Below are positions 26,848-35,908 of a DNA stretch of 46,934 nt, one piece after another. The stretch comes from an uncultured bacterium (GTDB lineage Bacteria; Eisenbacteria; RBG-16-71-46; CAIMUX01), in assembly GCA_964652115.1 (NCBI GenBank), contig CAZZAH010000001.1:5669-52602 (forward strand). Direction: 5' to 3'. A program made the position numbers and the translations under genes. The notes beneath the pieces were generated by a model. That model was given only the letters and a program-made list of their open reading frames with translations. It was not told the DNA's origin and made no database searches. Within the stretch, counting starts at the first letter, position 1, and each line of letters begins with the position of its first letter.

Positions 26848-27752
26848 TGCGAAGCGGACTCCTCTTGCTGTGGATGCTCCTGTCGTCGTCGCACGCGGTC
26901 GCCGCGGGTCCGACCTTCGACGGCGCGCGCGCGCAGAGGTGGATCGAGCGTCAATGTGCGCTTGGCCCACGCGTCCCGGGAACGCCGGCCCACGCCGCCT
27001 GCCTCTCGATGATGACCGGATACCTCGACTCGCTCGGCGTGAGCTATCGAAAGGAGCCGTTCCGCGTCGCCTCGCCGTCGGGGAAGGGAGAGGTCGCGTG
27101 CACGAATCTCTTGGTGTCGTTTCGGCCTGAGCTCCGTCCGCGACTCCTCATCGGCTCCCACTGGGACTCGCGACCCTGGGCCGATCAGGACGCGGACCCT
27201 GCGGCGCACGCGTTGCCGGTGCTTGGTGCCAACGATGGCGCTTCGAGCACGGCGGTTCTCCTCGAGCTCGCGCGGGTGCTGAAGGCGTCCCCTCCTTCGA
27301 TTGGGGTCGACCTCGCGTTCTTCGACGCGGAGGATCTGGGCAAGGAAGGCCGTCCGGACGACTACTGCCTCGGCAGCCAGCGTATGGTGGCCGATTGGAC
27401 CGGTCCGCTGCCCGATTGGGTACTCGTGCTCGACATGGTCGGCGCGCGAGGCGCGGTTTTCCAACCCGAGCTCTACTCGCGCGAGCTGCACCCGGAGTGG
27501 GTGGACCTCATCTTCGAGACCGCGCGGAGTCTCGGCTTCTCGGAGTTCGACCCCAGCGGCGGCAACTACATCGTCGACGACCATGTCGCCTGGCTCCGTC
27601 GCGGCGTGCCGGCGACCGACATCATCGGTTGGGGGGACCCTGCCTGGCACACGCGGAACGACACCCCGAACCTGACCAGTGCCTCGACCTTGGGGCGAGT
27701 CGGCACCCTCGTTTTGGAGCTCATTCGCGGTGGAAGCCTCGGAGGCCGGTGA
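26847..27752 (+). CDS. M28-fold zinc enzyme, most similar by motif to glutaminyl-peptide cyclotransferase (animal/Bacteroidetes type)
   Basis: ATG 26847 shares its A with the sprA stop (cTGATGc). The signal peptide is MRSGLLLLWMLLSSSHAVAA. Motifs are HWDSRPWADQDADPAAHALPVLGANDGASSTAVLLELAR, FFDAEDLG, and DDHVAWLRRGVPATDIIGWGDPAWHTRNDT. The last closely parallels the DDHIPFLRRGVP...WHT block of glutaminyl cyclases, but M28 aminopeptidases share part of these motifs. The track start 26529 lies in another frame inside sprA and is rejected. Confidence 0.65.
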   Translation: MRSGLLLLWMLLSSSHAVAAGPTFDGARAQRWIERQCALGPRVPGTPAHAACLSMMTGYLDSLGVSYRKEPFRVASPSGKGEVACTNLLVSFRPELRPRLLIGSHWDSRPWADQDADPAAHALPVLGANDGASSTAVLLELARVLKASPPSIGVDLAFFDAEDLGKEGRPDDYCLGSQRMVADWTGPLPDWVLVLDMVGARGAVFQPELYSRELHPEWVDLIFETARSLGFSEFDPSGGNYIVDDHVAWLRRGVPATDIIGWGDPAWHTRNDTPNLTSASTLGRVGTLVLELIRGGSLGGR

Positions 27753-27830
27753 TCCGCGCGCGCGACCGCTCCTACCCCCGCCGGAATAACGCCTTGCTTG
27801 CCTCCGCTACCCTGATGTAGCTTGCTCGTG

Positions 27831-27862
27831 CGTGGGCCCCTGTCCACGTTGTTTTGTTTGGG
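27831..27862 (+). terminator. Weak hairpin plus T-rich tract between the cyclase-like gene and rimP (terminator or leader attenuator)
   Basis: cgtgg (27831-27835) pairs with ccacg (27844-27848), with an 8-nt loop, followed by ttgttttgtttgg. The stem is only 5 bp, so support is weak. Confidence 0.2.
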
Positions 27863-28025
27863 GAAAATCGCGTCTCACGAGAAGACCGCGCGTCGGTCGG
27901 ACGTCCGTCGGATGTGTGGGCGGGCGGCGAGCCGACGAAGCGGCGGGACCGCTGGCGCCCCGAGTCGGGCCCGGCGGGTTTGCGCGATTGTCGTTTGCTG
28001 GCGGCAGCCACAACCTGGAGGGACC

Positions 28026-28751
28026 ATGCGGCGGGAAGAGCTCGAGGAGCTAATCCGACCGGTCCTTCAGGACGCGGGCCTCGAGCTGGTTCAGTGCTCG
28101 GTCGCCCGGGGCGGTCGCATCCAGAACATCCGCATCATTCTCGATCATCCGTCGGGTCTCTCGGTCGACACCTGCGGCAAGGCCAGCCGCCGAATCGCGA
28201 CCCTGCTCGACGCCAACCCCCTCCTCCGCGCGGCATACAGCCTGGAAGTCTCCTCGCCCGGCATGAGGCGACCGATTTGGAGCGCCGAGCACTTTCGTCG
28301 ATTCGTCGGGGAGCGTGTGCGGATCAACCTTCGCGAGTCGTCCCCAGGGCCGCACTTCATCATGGGGATCATTGGTCCGGATGAAGGGGACGCGATCTGG
28401 ATCGAGCCCGAGACGATCCGCGCCGTGTCGCCGGGACGCGCGGGGCGCGAACGCCCCGCGAAGGCCCGCGGATCGAAGGGGAAGAGGGGCGAGGGGGAGA
28501 GTGATGCCGCCGACGCGCACAACCCTGCTCGTGGAGGCAAGGGCGATGAGCCGGTCGCGGTCGCGACCTCCGCGCGGCGATTGATTCGCTTGGAAGAGAT
28601 GACGGCGGCCGAGCTCGACCTCGATCCGTGGAAGCCGAGAGAGAAGAAGTCGGTCGAAGCGCCCCGTTCGGTGGGAGCGGACACGAAGCCGTTGGCGGAG
28701 GCCGGGCGCATAGGCAACGAGCCATTAGGTAGCGAGCAAGAGGCAGGTTAG
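28026..28751 (+). CDS. rimP: Ribosome maturation factor RimP, with a low-complexity insertion and tail
   Basis: ATG 28026 follows GGAGG. LIRPVLQDAGLELVQCSV...IRIILDHPSGLSVDTCGKASRRIATLLD...YSLEVSSPGMRRPI is the RimP N-domain signature. It holds the canonical position upstream of nusA-infB. The track start 27822 is an over-extension. Confidence 0.8.
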   Translation: MRREELEELIRPVLQDAGLELVQCSVARGGRIQNIRIILDHPSGLSVDTCGKASRRIATLLDANPLLRAAYSLEVSSPGMRRPIWSAEHFRRFVGERVRINLRESSPGPHFIMGIIGPDEGDAIWIEPETIRAVSPGRAGRERPAKARGSKGKRGEGESDAADAHNPARGGKGDEPVAVATSARRLIRLEEMTAAELDLDPWKPREKKSVEAPRSVGADTKPLAEAGRIGNEPLGSEQEAG

Positions 28752-28807
28752 CAACCGGGTGCAGGTCCCCTTCGGACCGGAGAGCCCAACCGAGGGCAAA
28801 AGGATCC

Positions 28808-30409
28808 ATGGCGACTGAGGAAATTCTCGAAGCCCTGAAGCAGATCGCACGCGAGAAGAGTGTCGACCGCAAGCTCCTGGTGGAAACACTGGAGGCGGGA
28901 CTCTTGAGCGCGGCGAAGAAGCGCTACGCGAGCGCGGCCGATGTCGAGGTCGCGTTCGACGAGCTGTCGGGCGAGATCCGCGTCCGCGTCCACAAGAAGG
29001 TCGTGCAGGTCGCGATCGATCTCGCGGGCGAGATCGACTACGAGGAGGCGGCCAAGTCGCAGCCCGGCGTCAGGCTCGGCCAGACCGTGCCGGTCGACGT
29101 CCCGATCGTCGAGTTTGGGCGCAACGCGATCCAGGCGGCGAAGCAGGTCCTGGTGCAGCGCGTGCGCGAGGCGGAGCGCGAGAACGTCTTTGCCGAGTTC
29201 ATCGATCGGAAGGGCCAGATCATCTCGGGCACCGTCTCGCAGGTCGATCGCGGCAGCCTCATCGTCAAGCTGGGGAAGACCGAAGGGATCATCCCTCCGC
29301 GCGAGGTGATTTTCCGGGATCGATTCAAGATCGGGGAGCCGGTTCGCGCCATCCTGCTCGACGTCGACAAGAACCAGAAGGGCCCGCAGCTCATCCTCTC
29401 GCGCACGCACCCCGATTTCGTGCGCCGCCTGTTCGAGAACGAGGTGCCGGAGATCTTCGAGCGCGTGGTCGAAATTCGCGACATCGCGCGCGAGCCCGGT
29501 TCACGGACCAAGATTTCGGTCGTGTCGCACGACGATCGCGTCGATCCGGTCGGCGCCTGCGTCGGCATGAAGGGGGCGCGCGTGCAGGCGATCGTGCGCG
29601 AGCTCGGAGGCGAGCGCATCGACATCGTGCCGTGGAGCCCCGACCCCAAGATCTTCCTCTCTCGCGCGCTGTCGCCGGCCCGCGTGCTCGACGTGATTCC
29701 GAACGACCTCGACAAGCGATCGACGGTCATCGTCGCGGACGATCAGCTCTCGCTCGCCATCGGTACGCGCGGGCAGAACGCGCGGCTCGCGAGCAAGCTG
29801 ACCGGCTTCGCCATCGACCTCAAGAGCCAGTCCCAGATGGAGGCCGCGTCGGGCGAGGCGGCGGAGATCGACCTCGAAGACCTCGAGAAAGACCTCGGAT
29901 CGCGCACGGTCGAGAAGCTGATGAAGGCGGGCAAGGAAACTCTGCAGGATGTCATGCGCACCTCGGTTGAGGAACTGATGGCGATCCCGGGCATCGGAGA
30001 AAAGACCGCCACGCGACTCCTCACCTTGGGCGGTCAGATCCTCGAAGACCGGGCGGGCGGCCGCATGACCACCACCGACGGCGTGGTCGACGAGGACGAG
30101 GAAGAGTCGGCGGAATCGCTCGAGGACAACGTGGCTACGGGCGAATCAGCTGGGGGCGAATCGGCTGGGAGCGAGGCGGCGGCCGGCGACGCGTCCACGG
30201 ACGACTCGGCGCAGGCCGATCCGAGCGAGGAAAGCTCGGTCGCATCGCCGGACCACGAAGCCGATGACGACGAATCGGAACCGCCTGCCGACAGAGAAAG
30301 CGACGAATCCTCGGCGCAGGCGGATGACGACACCCGAGGCGGCGAGAGCCCGAACGCTCCAGCGCGCGCCGAGGCTGAACACAAGGATGAAAGTGAGGCA
30401 GGTGCGTGA
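28808..30409 (+). CDS. nusA: Transcription termination/antitermination factor NusA
   Basis: 533 aa. N-terminal domain (EILEALKQIAREKSVDRKLLVETLE), S1 domain (ISGTVSQVDRGSLIVKLGKTEGIIP), two KH domains (DPVGACVGMKGARVQAIVRELGGERIDIV; AIGTRGQNARLASKLTGFAIDL), an HhH region, and an acidic Ser/Asp/Glu-rich tail. Confidence 0.95.
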   Translation: MATEEILEALKQIAREKSVDRKLLVETLEAGLLSAAKKRYASAADVEVAFDELSGEIRVRVHKKVVQVAIDLAGEIDYEEAAKSQPGVRLGQTVPVDVPIVEFGRNAIQAAKQVLVQRVREAERENVFAEFIDRKGQIISGTVSQVDRGSLIVKLGKTEGIIPPREVIFRDRFKIGEPVRAILLDVDKNQKGPQLILSRTHPDFVRRLFENEVPEIFERVVEIRDIAREPGSRTKISVVSHDDRVDPVGACVGMKGARVQAIVRELGGERIDIVPWSPDPKIFLSRALSPARVLDVIPNDLDKRSTVIVADDQLSLAIGTRGQNARLASKLTGFAIDLKSQSQMEAASGEAAEIDLEDLEKDLGSRTVEKLMKAGKETLQDVMRTSVEELMAIPGIGEKTATRLLTLGGQILEDRAGGRMTTTDGVVDEDEEESAESLEDNVATGESAGGESAGSEAAAGDASTDDSAQADPSEESSVASPDHEADDDESEPPADRESDESSAQADDDTRGGESPNAPARAEAEHKDESEAGA

Positions 30410-33018
30410 AGGCTCGTGTCTTCCAACTCGCTCGCGAACTCAAAATCTCGAGCGATGCGCTAGTGAACATCATCACCTCGTTGGGCGAGGAGGTGAAGAG
30501 CCACATGAGCGCGATCGACGACGACCTGGTCGTCAAGATCCGCGCGCGCATCGCCGAGGAGAAGGCCGCCGTCAAGCGCGAGACCGAGAAGAAGGCGCAG
30601 ATCCATCTCGACGTCCAGAAGAAGGCGGATGATGCCCGGCGCGAGAGTGCCGGCACGCCGGCTCCGAGCGTAGCCCCCGCGCCGCCGATTCGTCGCGATC
30701 CGCCGGTTGCTCCGGCGCCCGCTGTCGCTCCGCGGCCCAGCGGTCCCGCCCCTGCCCCGAGAGTTGCGCCTCCGCCGCGTCCTTCGGATACGCGGCCCGC
30801 GCCACGGCCCGGCTATCAGGGCGGTTACTCGGGCGGCCAGGGTTACCAGGGTGGACAGGGTTACCAGGGCGGACAGGGTTACCAAGGTGGACAGGGTTCG
30901 CAAGGTTCGCAGGGCGGACAGCCTGGATATCCGCGGGGCAACTACCCGCAGGGTGGTCATTCCGGTGGTCCCTCGGGCCCCGGATACGGTGGTGGCAATC
31001 GTCCCGGAGGCGGCCAGCAAGGTCCGGGCGGAGGCGGTCCGGGTGGACCTCGCGGAGGCTCCACGTCCTCCGCGCCCAGCACTGCGCCGCGCGCACCGCT
31101 CTTCCGCCGAGCCGATCCGAAGAAGAAGCGGAAGTCGACCGTCGATCAGGCCGCGGTTCGCGAGAGCGTACGCCGCACCATGGCCAACATGGACTCCGGA
31201 CGTGGGCGCGGCGGAAAGCGCCGTCGTCGTTCGGAGGAGGCGGGGGTCGAAGAGGAAAGCCGCATCCTGAAGGTCCACGAGTTCGTCACCGTCTCCGACC
31301 TGGCCTCGATGATGGAGGTCAAGCCGACCGAGGTGATCGGGACCTGCCTGCAGCTCGGCATCATGGCGAACATCAACTACCGACTCGACAAGGCCGCGAT
31401 CGAGATGGTGATGGATGAGTTCGGCTTCCAGGCCGACTTCCAGACCGAATTCGGCGAGGAGCAGCTCGCGCTCGAGGAAGACACCGAGGTCGAGTACGAG
31501 AAGAAGCCGCGCGCCCCGATCGTCACGGTGATGGGTCACGTCGACCACGGAAAGACGAGCCTGCTCGACTACATCCGTAAGGCGAAGGTCATCGAGACCG
31601 AATCGGGCGGCATCACGCAGCACATCGGCGCTTACCTCGTGCGCCTGCCGCAGGGGGACATTGCGTTCCTCGACACGCCGGGCCACGAAGCCTTCACCGC
31701 GATGCGTGCGCGCGGCGCGCAGATCACCGACATCGTGATCCTGGTCGTGGCGGCGGACGATCGCGTCCGGCCGCAGACGCTCGAGGCGATCAACCACGCC
31801 AAGGCGGCCAACGTGCCGATCGTGGTCGCGCTGAACAAGATCGATTTGCCGAACGCGAATCCCGAGCGAATCAAGAAAGAGCTCGCCGACAATGGCGTGC
31901 TGATCGAGGAGTGGGGCGGCAAGGTCGGCGCGGTCGAGATCTCGGCCAAGCACGGCCAGAACGTCGATCGACTGCTCGAGCGGCTGCTTCTCGAGGCCGA
32001 GTTGCTGGAGCTCAAGGCCGAGCCCGATCGACCGGCGCGCGGCGTAATCATCGAGGCGAAGCGCGACGCGGGCCGCGGTGTGCTGGCCACGCTCCTGGTG
32101 CAGAACGGCACGCTCAAGGTCGGCGATGCCTACGTCTGCGGCGCGCAGGCGGGACGCATCCGCGCGATGCAGGACGATCGCGGTCAGCGAGTGATCGCCG
32201 CCGGTCCGTCCTCGCCGATCGAGATCTCGGGATTGGCGGACGTGCCGCAAGCGGGCGACGTCTTCACCGTCATGCACAACGAGGCAAAGGCCCGCGAGAT
32301 CGCGAGTCACCGCGCGCAGATCGCGCGCGAGCATCGCTTCCGCCTGGCGAGCCAATCGACCTCGCTCATGACGATCCAGGAACGGATCCAGCGGGGCGAA
32401 ATCAAGGAGCTCAACATCGTGCTCAAGGCCGATGTGGGCGGTTCGATCGAGGTCTTGCGCGACACCTTGACCAAGCTCTCGACCAGCGAGGTCACCGTTC
32501 GGATCATCCACTCCGGCGTCGGTTTGATCAGCGAAGGCGACGTGCTCCTGGCCAAGGCGTCGGGCGGCATCATCATCGGCTTCCACACCCGCGCGGACAA
32601 CAAGGCGCACCAGCTCTCGCTGACCGAGAAGGTCGACATCCGGCTCTACCGCGTGATCTACGAGGTCGAGAAGGACATCAAGGACGCGATGGCCGGTCTG
32701 CTCGCGCCGGAGAAGGTCGAGAAGATCCAAGGCTCTGCCGAGGTCCGAAAGGTCTTCCACATCACGAAGGTGGGAGCGATCGCCGGCTGCTTCGTCGTCT
32801 CCGGAGCGATTCACCGCGGTGATCGCGCGCGCGTCTATCGCGGCGTCGACGTCGTCTGGGACGGGAAGTTCGGCTCGCTCAAGCGCATCAAGGATGACGT
32901 GCGCGAGGTGCTGACCGGCTACGAGTGCGGCATCGGCCTCGACGGCTACGACGAGATGAAGGAAGGCGACGTCATCGAGGCGTACCTGGTCGAGGAGATC
33001 GCGCGAAAGATCGAGTAA
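30406..33018 (+). CDS. infB: Translation initiation factor IF-2
   Basis: 870 aa. The GTG overlaps the nusA stop (GTGA). MKARVFQLARELKISSDALV N-terminus, a Pro/Gly/Gln-rich linker, and a G-domain (VTVMGHVDHGKTSLLD, DTPGHEAF, NKID). C-terminal domains are conserved. Confidence 0.95.
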   Translation: MKARVFQLARELKISSDALVNIITSLGEEVKSHMSAIDDDLVVKIRARIAEEKAAVKRETEKKAQIHLDVQKKADDARRESAGTPAPSVAPAPPIRRDPPVAPAPAVAPRPSGPAPAPRVAPPPRPSDTRPAPRPGYQGGYSGGQGYQGGQGYQGGQGYQGGQGSQGSQGGQPGYPRGNYPQGGHSGGPSGPGYGGGNRPGGGQQGPGGGGPGGPRGGSTSSAPSTAPRAPLFRRADPKKKRKSTVDQAAVRESVRRTMANMDSGRGRGGKRRRRSEEAGVEEESRILKVHEFVTVSDLASMMEVKPTEVIGTCLQLGIMANINYRLDKAAIEMVMDEFGFQADFQTEFGEEQLALEEDTEVEYEKKPRAPIVTVMGHVDHGKTSLLDYIRKAKVIETESGGITQHIGAYLVRLPQGDIAFLDTPGHEAFTAMRARGAQITDIVILVVAADDRVRPQTLEAINHAKAANVPIVVALNKIDLPNANPERIKKELADNGVLIEEWGGKVGAVEISAKHGQNVDRLLERLLLEAELLELKAEPDRPARGVIIEAKRDAGRGVLATLLVQNGTLKVGDAYVCGAQAGRIRAMQDDRGQRVIAAGPSSPIEISGLADVPQAGDVFTVMHNEAKAREIASHRAQIAREHRFRLASQSTSLMTIQERIQRGEIKELNIVLKADVGGSIEVLRDTLTKLSTSEVTVRIIHSGVGLISEGDVLLAKASGGIIIGFHTRADNKAHQLSLTEKVDIRLYRVIYEVEKDIKDAMAGLLAPEKVEKIQGSAEVRKVFHITKVGAIAGCFVVSGAIHRGDRARVYRGVDVVWDGKFGSLKRIKDDVREVLTGYECGIGLDGYDEMKEGDVIEAYLVEEIARKIE
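30832..30921 (+). repeat. In-frame 18-bp tandem repeats in the IF-2 linker (GGQGYQ units)
   Basis: Five consecutive 18-nt units of the form ggN gga cag ggt tac cag, progressively diverging. They encode GGQGYQ GGQGYQ GGQGYQ GGQGSQ GSQGGQ. Confidence 0.85.
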
Positions 33019-33100
33019 CCCGAGCGAAGCCGCCGGCGACAGGTCGCTCCTCTGGGGAGGCCTCGCCGCGGCCGCGTCGGCGGTCCTGCGGGTGGAGTAG

Positions 33101-33532
33101 ATGCACTACGCGGTCGTGCGCCTCGAGCTGAGGATCCCACAGAGTCGTTCGCTCAAGGAGAAGCGCGCGGTGCTCCTTCACTTGAAGGATAGGCTGCGGA
33201 ATCGCTTCCATCTTTCCGTGCTCGAAATCGCCTACCAAGACCTGCATCAACGCGCGGCGTTAGGCCTGGCGCTGGTCGCGCTCAGTGAAAGCGGCGCACG
33301 CGATGCCGTCCTCGCCGTTCGACGCGAGGTCGAGTCCGAGCCGCGTGCCCTCTTGCTTGAATCGAAGACCCGCTTCGGCCGCATCGAGCGGGACGACGAG
33401 CCCGACTGGGCCGCGAGCGTGCTGGCGAAGGACGACGATGAGTGGACGCTCGGCGGCTTCGAGGAGATCGAGGACGTGCCCGAAGCGGATCGGACCGATT
33501 CGGAGCAGGACGAGCCGGGAGGGACGCAATGA
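33101..33532 (+). CDS. DUF503 (YlxP-like) protein
   Basis: 143 aa. The start MHYAVVRLELRIPQSRSLKEKRAVLLHLKDRLRNRF is typical of DUF503. It holds the conserved infB-DUF503-rbfA position. Confidence 0.75.
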   Translation: MHYAVVRLELRIPQSRSLKEKRAVLLHLKDRLRNRFHLSVLEIAYQDLHQRAALGLALVALSESGARDAVLAVRREVESEPRALLLESKTRFGRIERDDEPDWAASVLAKDDDEWTLGGFEEIEDVPEADRTDSEQDEPGGTQ

Positions 33533-33909
33533 AAGGGCTCCGGATGGAGCGGGTGCAGGAGGAGATCCGGCGCGAGCTGTCGGCCATTCTCCTCAATCGT
33601 GCGCACGACCCGCGGCTTCAGTGGGTCAGCGTGATTCGGGTGGAGGTCTCGCACGACCTCGGTCACGCCAAGGCCTACGTCTCGGTGCTGGGGGACGAGA
33701 AGACACAAGAGGCCTCGCTTCGTGTGTTGGTCGGCGCGCGTTCCTTTCTGCGCACCGAGCTCGGCAAGCGACTCACCCTGCGGCGCACCCCGGAGCTGAT
33801 CTTCCGCGCCGATCACGGGATCGCCTACAGCATGAGGATCGCGCAGATCCTGCGTGAGCTCGGGCTGGAGGATGGACCGGCGCCGGTGCCGGAAGATCCC
33901 GATGCCTAA
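33529..33909 (+). CDS. rbfA: Ribosome-binding factor A
   Basis: ATG 33529 overlaps the DUF503 stop (ATGA). RMERVQEEIRRELSAILLNRAHDPRLQWVSVIRVEVSHDLGHAKAYVSVLG and LRRTPELIF are RbfA signatures. The track start 33442 is an over-extension. Confidence 0.85.
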   Translation: MKGLRMERVQEEIRRELSAILLNRAHDPRLQWVSVIRVEVSHDLGHAKAYVSVLGDEKTQEASLRVLVGARSFLRTELGKRLTLRRTPELIFRADHGIAYSMRIAQILRELGLEDGPAPVPEDPDA

Positions 33910-34852
33910 CCTCGAGTGGGGCGAGGCGACGCAAGGCCTGGTCCTCAACGTCTACAAGGAGATCCCCTGGACCAGCCATGACGCGGTGGCGCGAGTGCGG
34001 CGAATCCTGGGAATCAAGCAAGTCGGCCACGCCGGCAGCCTCGATCCCTTCGCCTGCGGCGTGCTCGTGGTCTGCGCCGGACGCGCGACCAAGCTGCTCC
34101 CGCATCTGGTCGACCTGGGCAAGGGATATCGCGGCACGCTGCGTTTCGGCCGGCGATCGGCCAGCGGCGACCTCGACGGTGAGCTCGTGGAGGAAGGCGC
34201 GGTGCCGTCCATCGACCTCGGCGCGCTGCAGGCGGCGACGCGACCCTTCGTCGGACGCATCTCGCAGATCCCGCCGATGGTGTCGGCGCTCAAGGTCCAG
34301 GGACAGCGGCTGCACGATCTCGCACGCAAGGGAATCGAGGTCGAGCGCGCGCCGCGTTTGGTCGACGTGCATCGCTTCGAGATCACCAAGCTGGAGCTGC
34401 CGCGCGCGGAGTTCGAGATCGAGTGCGGCAAGGGCACGTATGTACGCACGCTGATCGAGGACCTGGCGCGAAGCGTCGGCTCCTTGGCGTTGGTGGAGAC
34501 TCTGACCCGGACGCACGTCGGCCCCTTCGAGGTCGCCGACGCGTGTCGATTGATCTCGGCGCCCTGCTTCGAGCGCGAGGGACTCCTCTCCCGCGCCATC
34601 GACATGAATACCGCGCTCGGTCACCTGCGCGCGGCCAAGGTGGAGAGCTCGTGGATCCGGCGCGTGCGTCAAGGCGGGCTCCCGCCGCGCTCGGCCCTTC
34701 GCTTCGATTACGTTCCGCGGCAGGGTGAGCGGATCCGCTTGATCGGCCCCGAAGGCGAGCTCCTCGCCATCGCGCGTTGGGACTTGATGCCCGGGCCGGC
34801 CGATCTGCCGATCGAGGCGGCCTTGAGCCTCGAGCTCGAGCGCGTGATCTAG
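33902..34852 (+). CDS. truB: tRNA pseudouridine-55 synthase TruB
   Basis: ATG 33902 overlaps the rbfA end by 8 nt. GLVLNVYKEIPWTSHDAV...VGHAGSLDPFACGVLVVCAGRATK contains the catalytic Asp motif. IPPMVSALKVQGQRLHDLARKG and KGTYVRTL follow. Confidence 0.9.
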   Translation: MPNLEWGEATQGLVLNVYKEIPWTSHDAVARVRRILGIKQVGHAGSLDPFACGVLVVCAGRATKLLPHLVDLGKGYRGTLRFGRRSASGDLDGELVEEGAVPSIDLGALQAATRPFVGRISQIPPMVSALKVQGQRLHDLARKGIEVERAPRLVDVHRFEITKLELPRAEFEIECGKGTYVRTLIEDLARSVGSLALVETLTRTHVGPFEVADACRLISAPCFEREGLLSRAIDMNTALGHLRAAKVESSWIRRVRQGGLPPRSALRFDYVPRQGERIRLIGPEGELLAIARWDLMPGPADLPIEAALSLELERVI

Positions 34853-34853
34853 C

Positions 34854-35807
34854 GTGAGCACGGCGCGCCCGATGGTGCCGTTGCTCGAAGGCCCGATGGT
34901 CGCGACGATCGGGGTGTTCGACGGCGTGCATCGCGGGCATCGTCGGCTGATCGAGCAGGTTCGCGCGCGAGCCGGCGAGCTCTCCGCGCGCTCGTTGGTG
35001 CTGAGCTTCGATCCGCACCCGATCGAGGTGCTCGCCCCAGCCATACCGGCCCGCCGTCTGACTACCGGCAAGCGAAAGCGCCGGCTCTTCGCGGAGTGCG
35101 GGCTCGACGTCGCCTGGCTGCTTCCCTTCTCCCGCGCGCTGGCCGACTTAGAGCCGGAGGAGTTCATCGCGTTCGTGCTGGCGCGGGTCGAGATCCGAGA
35201 GCTCTGGGTAGGCCCCGACTTTCACTTCGGCAAGGCGCGGCGCGGCGATGGTCCACTCCTCGAGCGCATCGGGCCCGGGCGCGGGTTCCGGACTCGCTAC
35301 TTCCCTCCGGTCGAGGATGCCGGTACGACCATCAGCAGCACTCAGATCCGTGAGCTGCTGATCGCGGGGGAGGTCGAGCGCGCGGCAGAGCTCTTGGGTC
35401 ATTCCTTCGTCCTCGAGTCGGAGGTCGTTCGAGGCAGGGGCGAGGGAGCCAAGCTCCTGGTCGCCACCGCGAATCTGCTGCCCGCGCGAAATCTATGCGT
35501 CCCCGGCCGAGGAGTCTACGCCGGCTGGGCCGAGATCGATGGGCGGCTCCATCCGGCGGCGATCAACGTCGGACGCCGTCCTACCTTGACCGCGGACCTC
35601 GAGGACACGGTCGAGGTCCACGTGATCGAATGGTTCGGTGATCTGCGGGGCAAGCTCCTGCCTGTCCATTTTGGTTGTCGCCTACGTGAGGAGCGTCGCT
35701 TTTCCGGCCTGGAGGCCCTGCGCGCGGCGGTTGCCGTTGACATCGAGCAGGCACGAGCCTGGTTGGCCAACCGCGAGCCGCGGATCGCCCCGCCCCTCCG
35801 TCCCTGA
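34854..35807 (+). CDS. ribF: Bifunctional riboflavin kinase / FAD synthetase
   Basis: 317 aa. IGVFDGVHRGHRRLI nucleotidyltransferase motif and a C-terminal riboflavin kinase domain (GRGEGAKLLVATANL...EVHVIEWFGDLRGK...REERRF). The start is GTG 34854, or a nearby in-frame ATG (34872 or 34896). Confidence 0.9.
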   Translation: MSTARPMVPLLEGPMVATIGVFDGVHRGHRRLIEQVRARAGELSARSLVLSFDPHPIEVLAPAIPARRLTTGKRKRRLFAECGLDVAWLLPFSRALADLEPEEFIAFVLARVEIRELWVGPDFHFGKARRGDGPLLERIGPGRGFRTRYFPPVEDAGTTISSTQIRELLIAGEVERAAELLGHSFVLESEVVRGRGEGAKLLVATANLLPARNLCVPGRGVYAGWAEIDGRLHPAAINVGRRPTLTADLEDTVEVHVIEWFGDLRGKLLPVHFGCRLREERRFSGLEALRAAVAVDIEQARAWLANREPRIAPPLRP

Positions 35808-35878
35808 AGAGGGAGCGCTTCCTGGAGGCGCCAGTAGAAATCGCGCTCGAAGCGCTCGAACTCCGACGAAGGAATGCG

Positions 35879-35908
35879 TTGAAAGCGATGTGGGGCGAGA
35901 AGTAGTAT
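35879..35908 (+). promoter_or_regulatory. Candidate sigma-70-type promoter for rpsO
   Basis: TTGAAA (35879-35884), an 18-nt spacer, then TAGTAT (35903-35908), in a locally lower-GC intergenic stretch. A 7-bp hairpin (cggtcgg/ccgaccg) lies in the predicted leader near 36000-36020. Confidence 0.4.

Noticed and set aside
27822-28025. Upstream extension of rimP. Analogous extensions occur for pnp (36458-36619), rbfA (33442-33528), truB (33854-33901), aroB (12491-12571), fabF (5370-5402), lptG (18526-18624) and the anti-sigma gene (10389-10412).
   Set aside because: In each case an internal start gives the canonical family N-terminus and has an SD or a stop/start overlap. The extension is unconserved-looking or overlaps the upstream gene.
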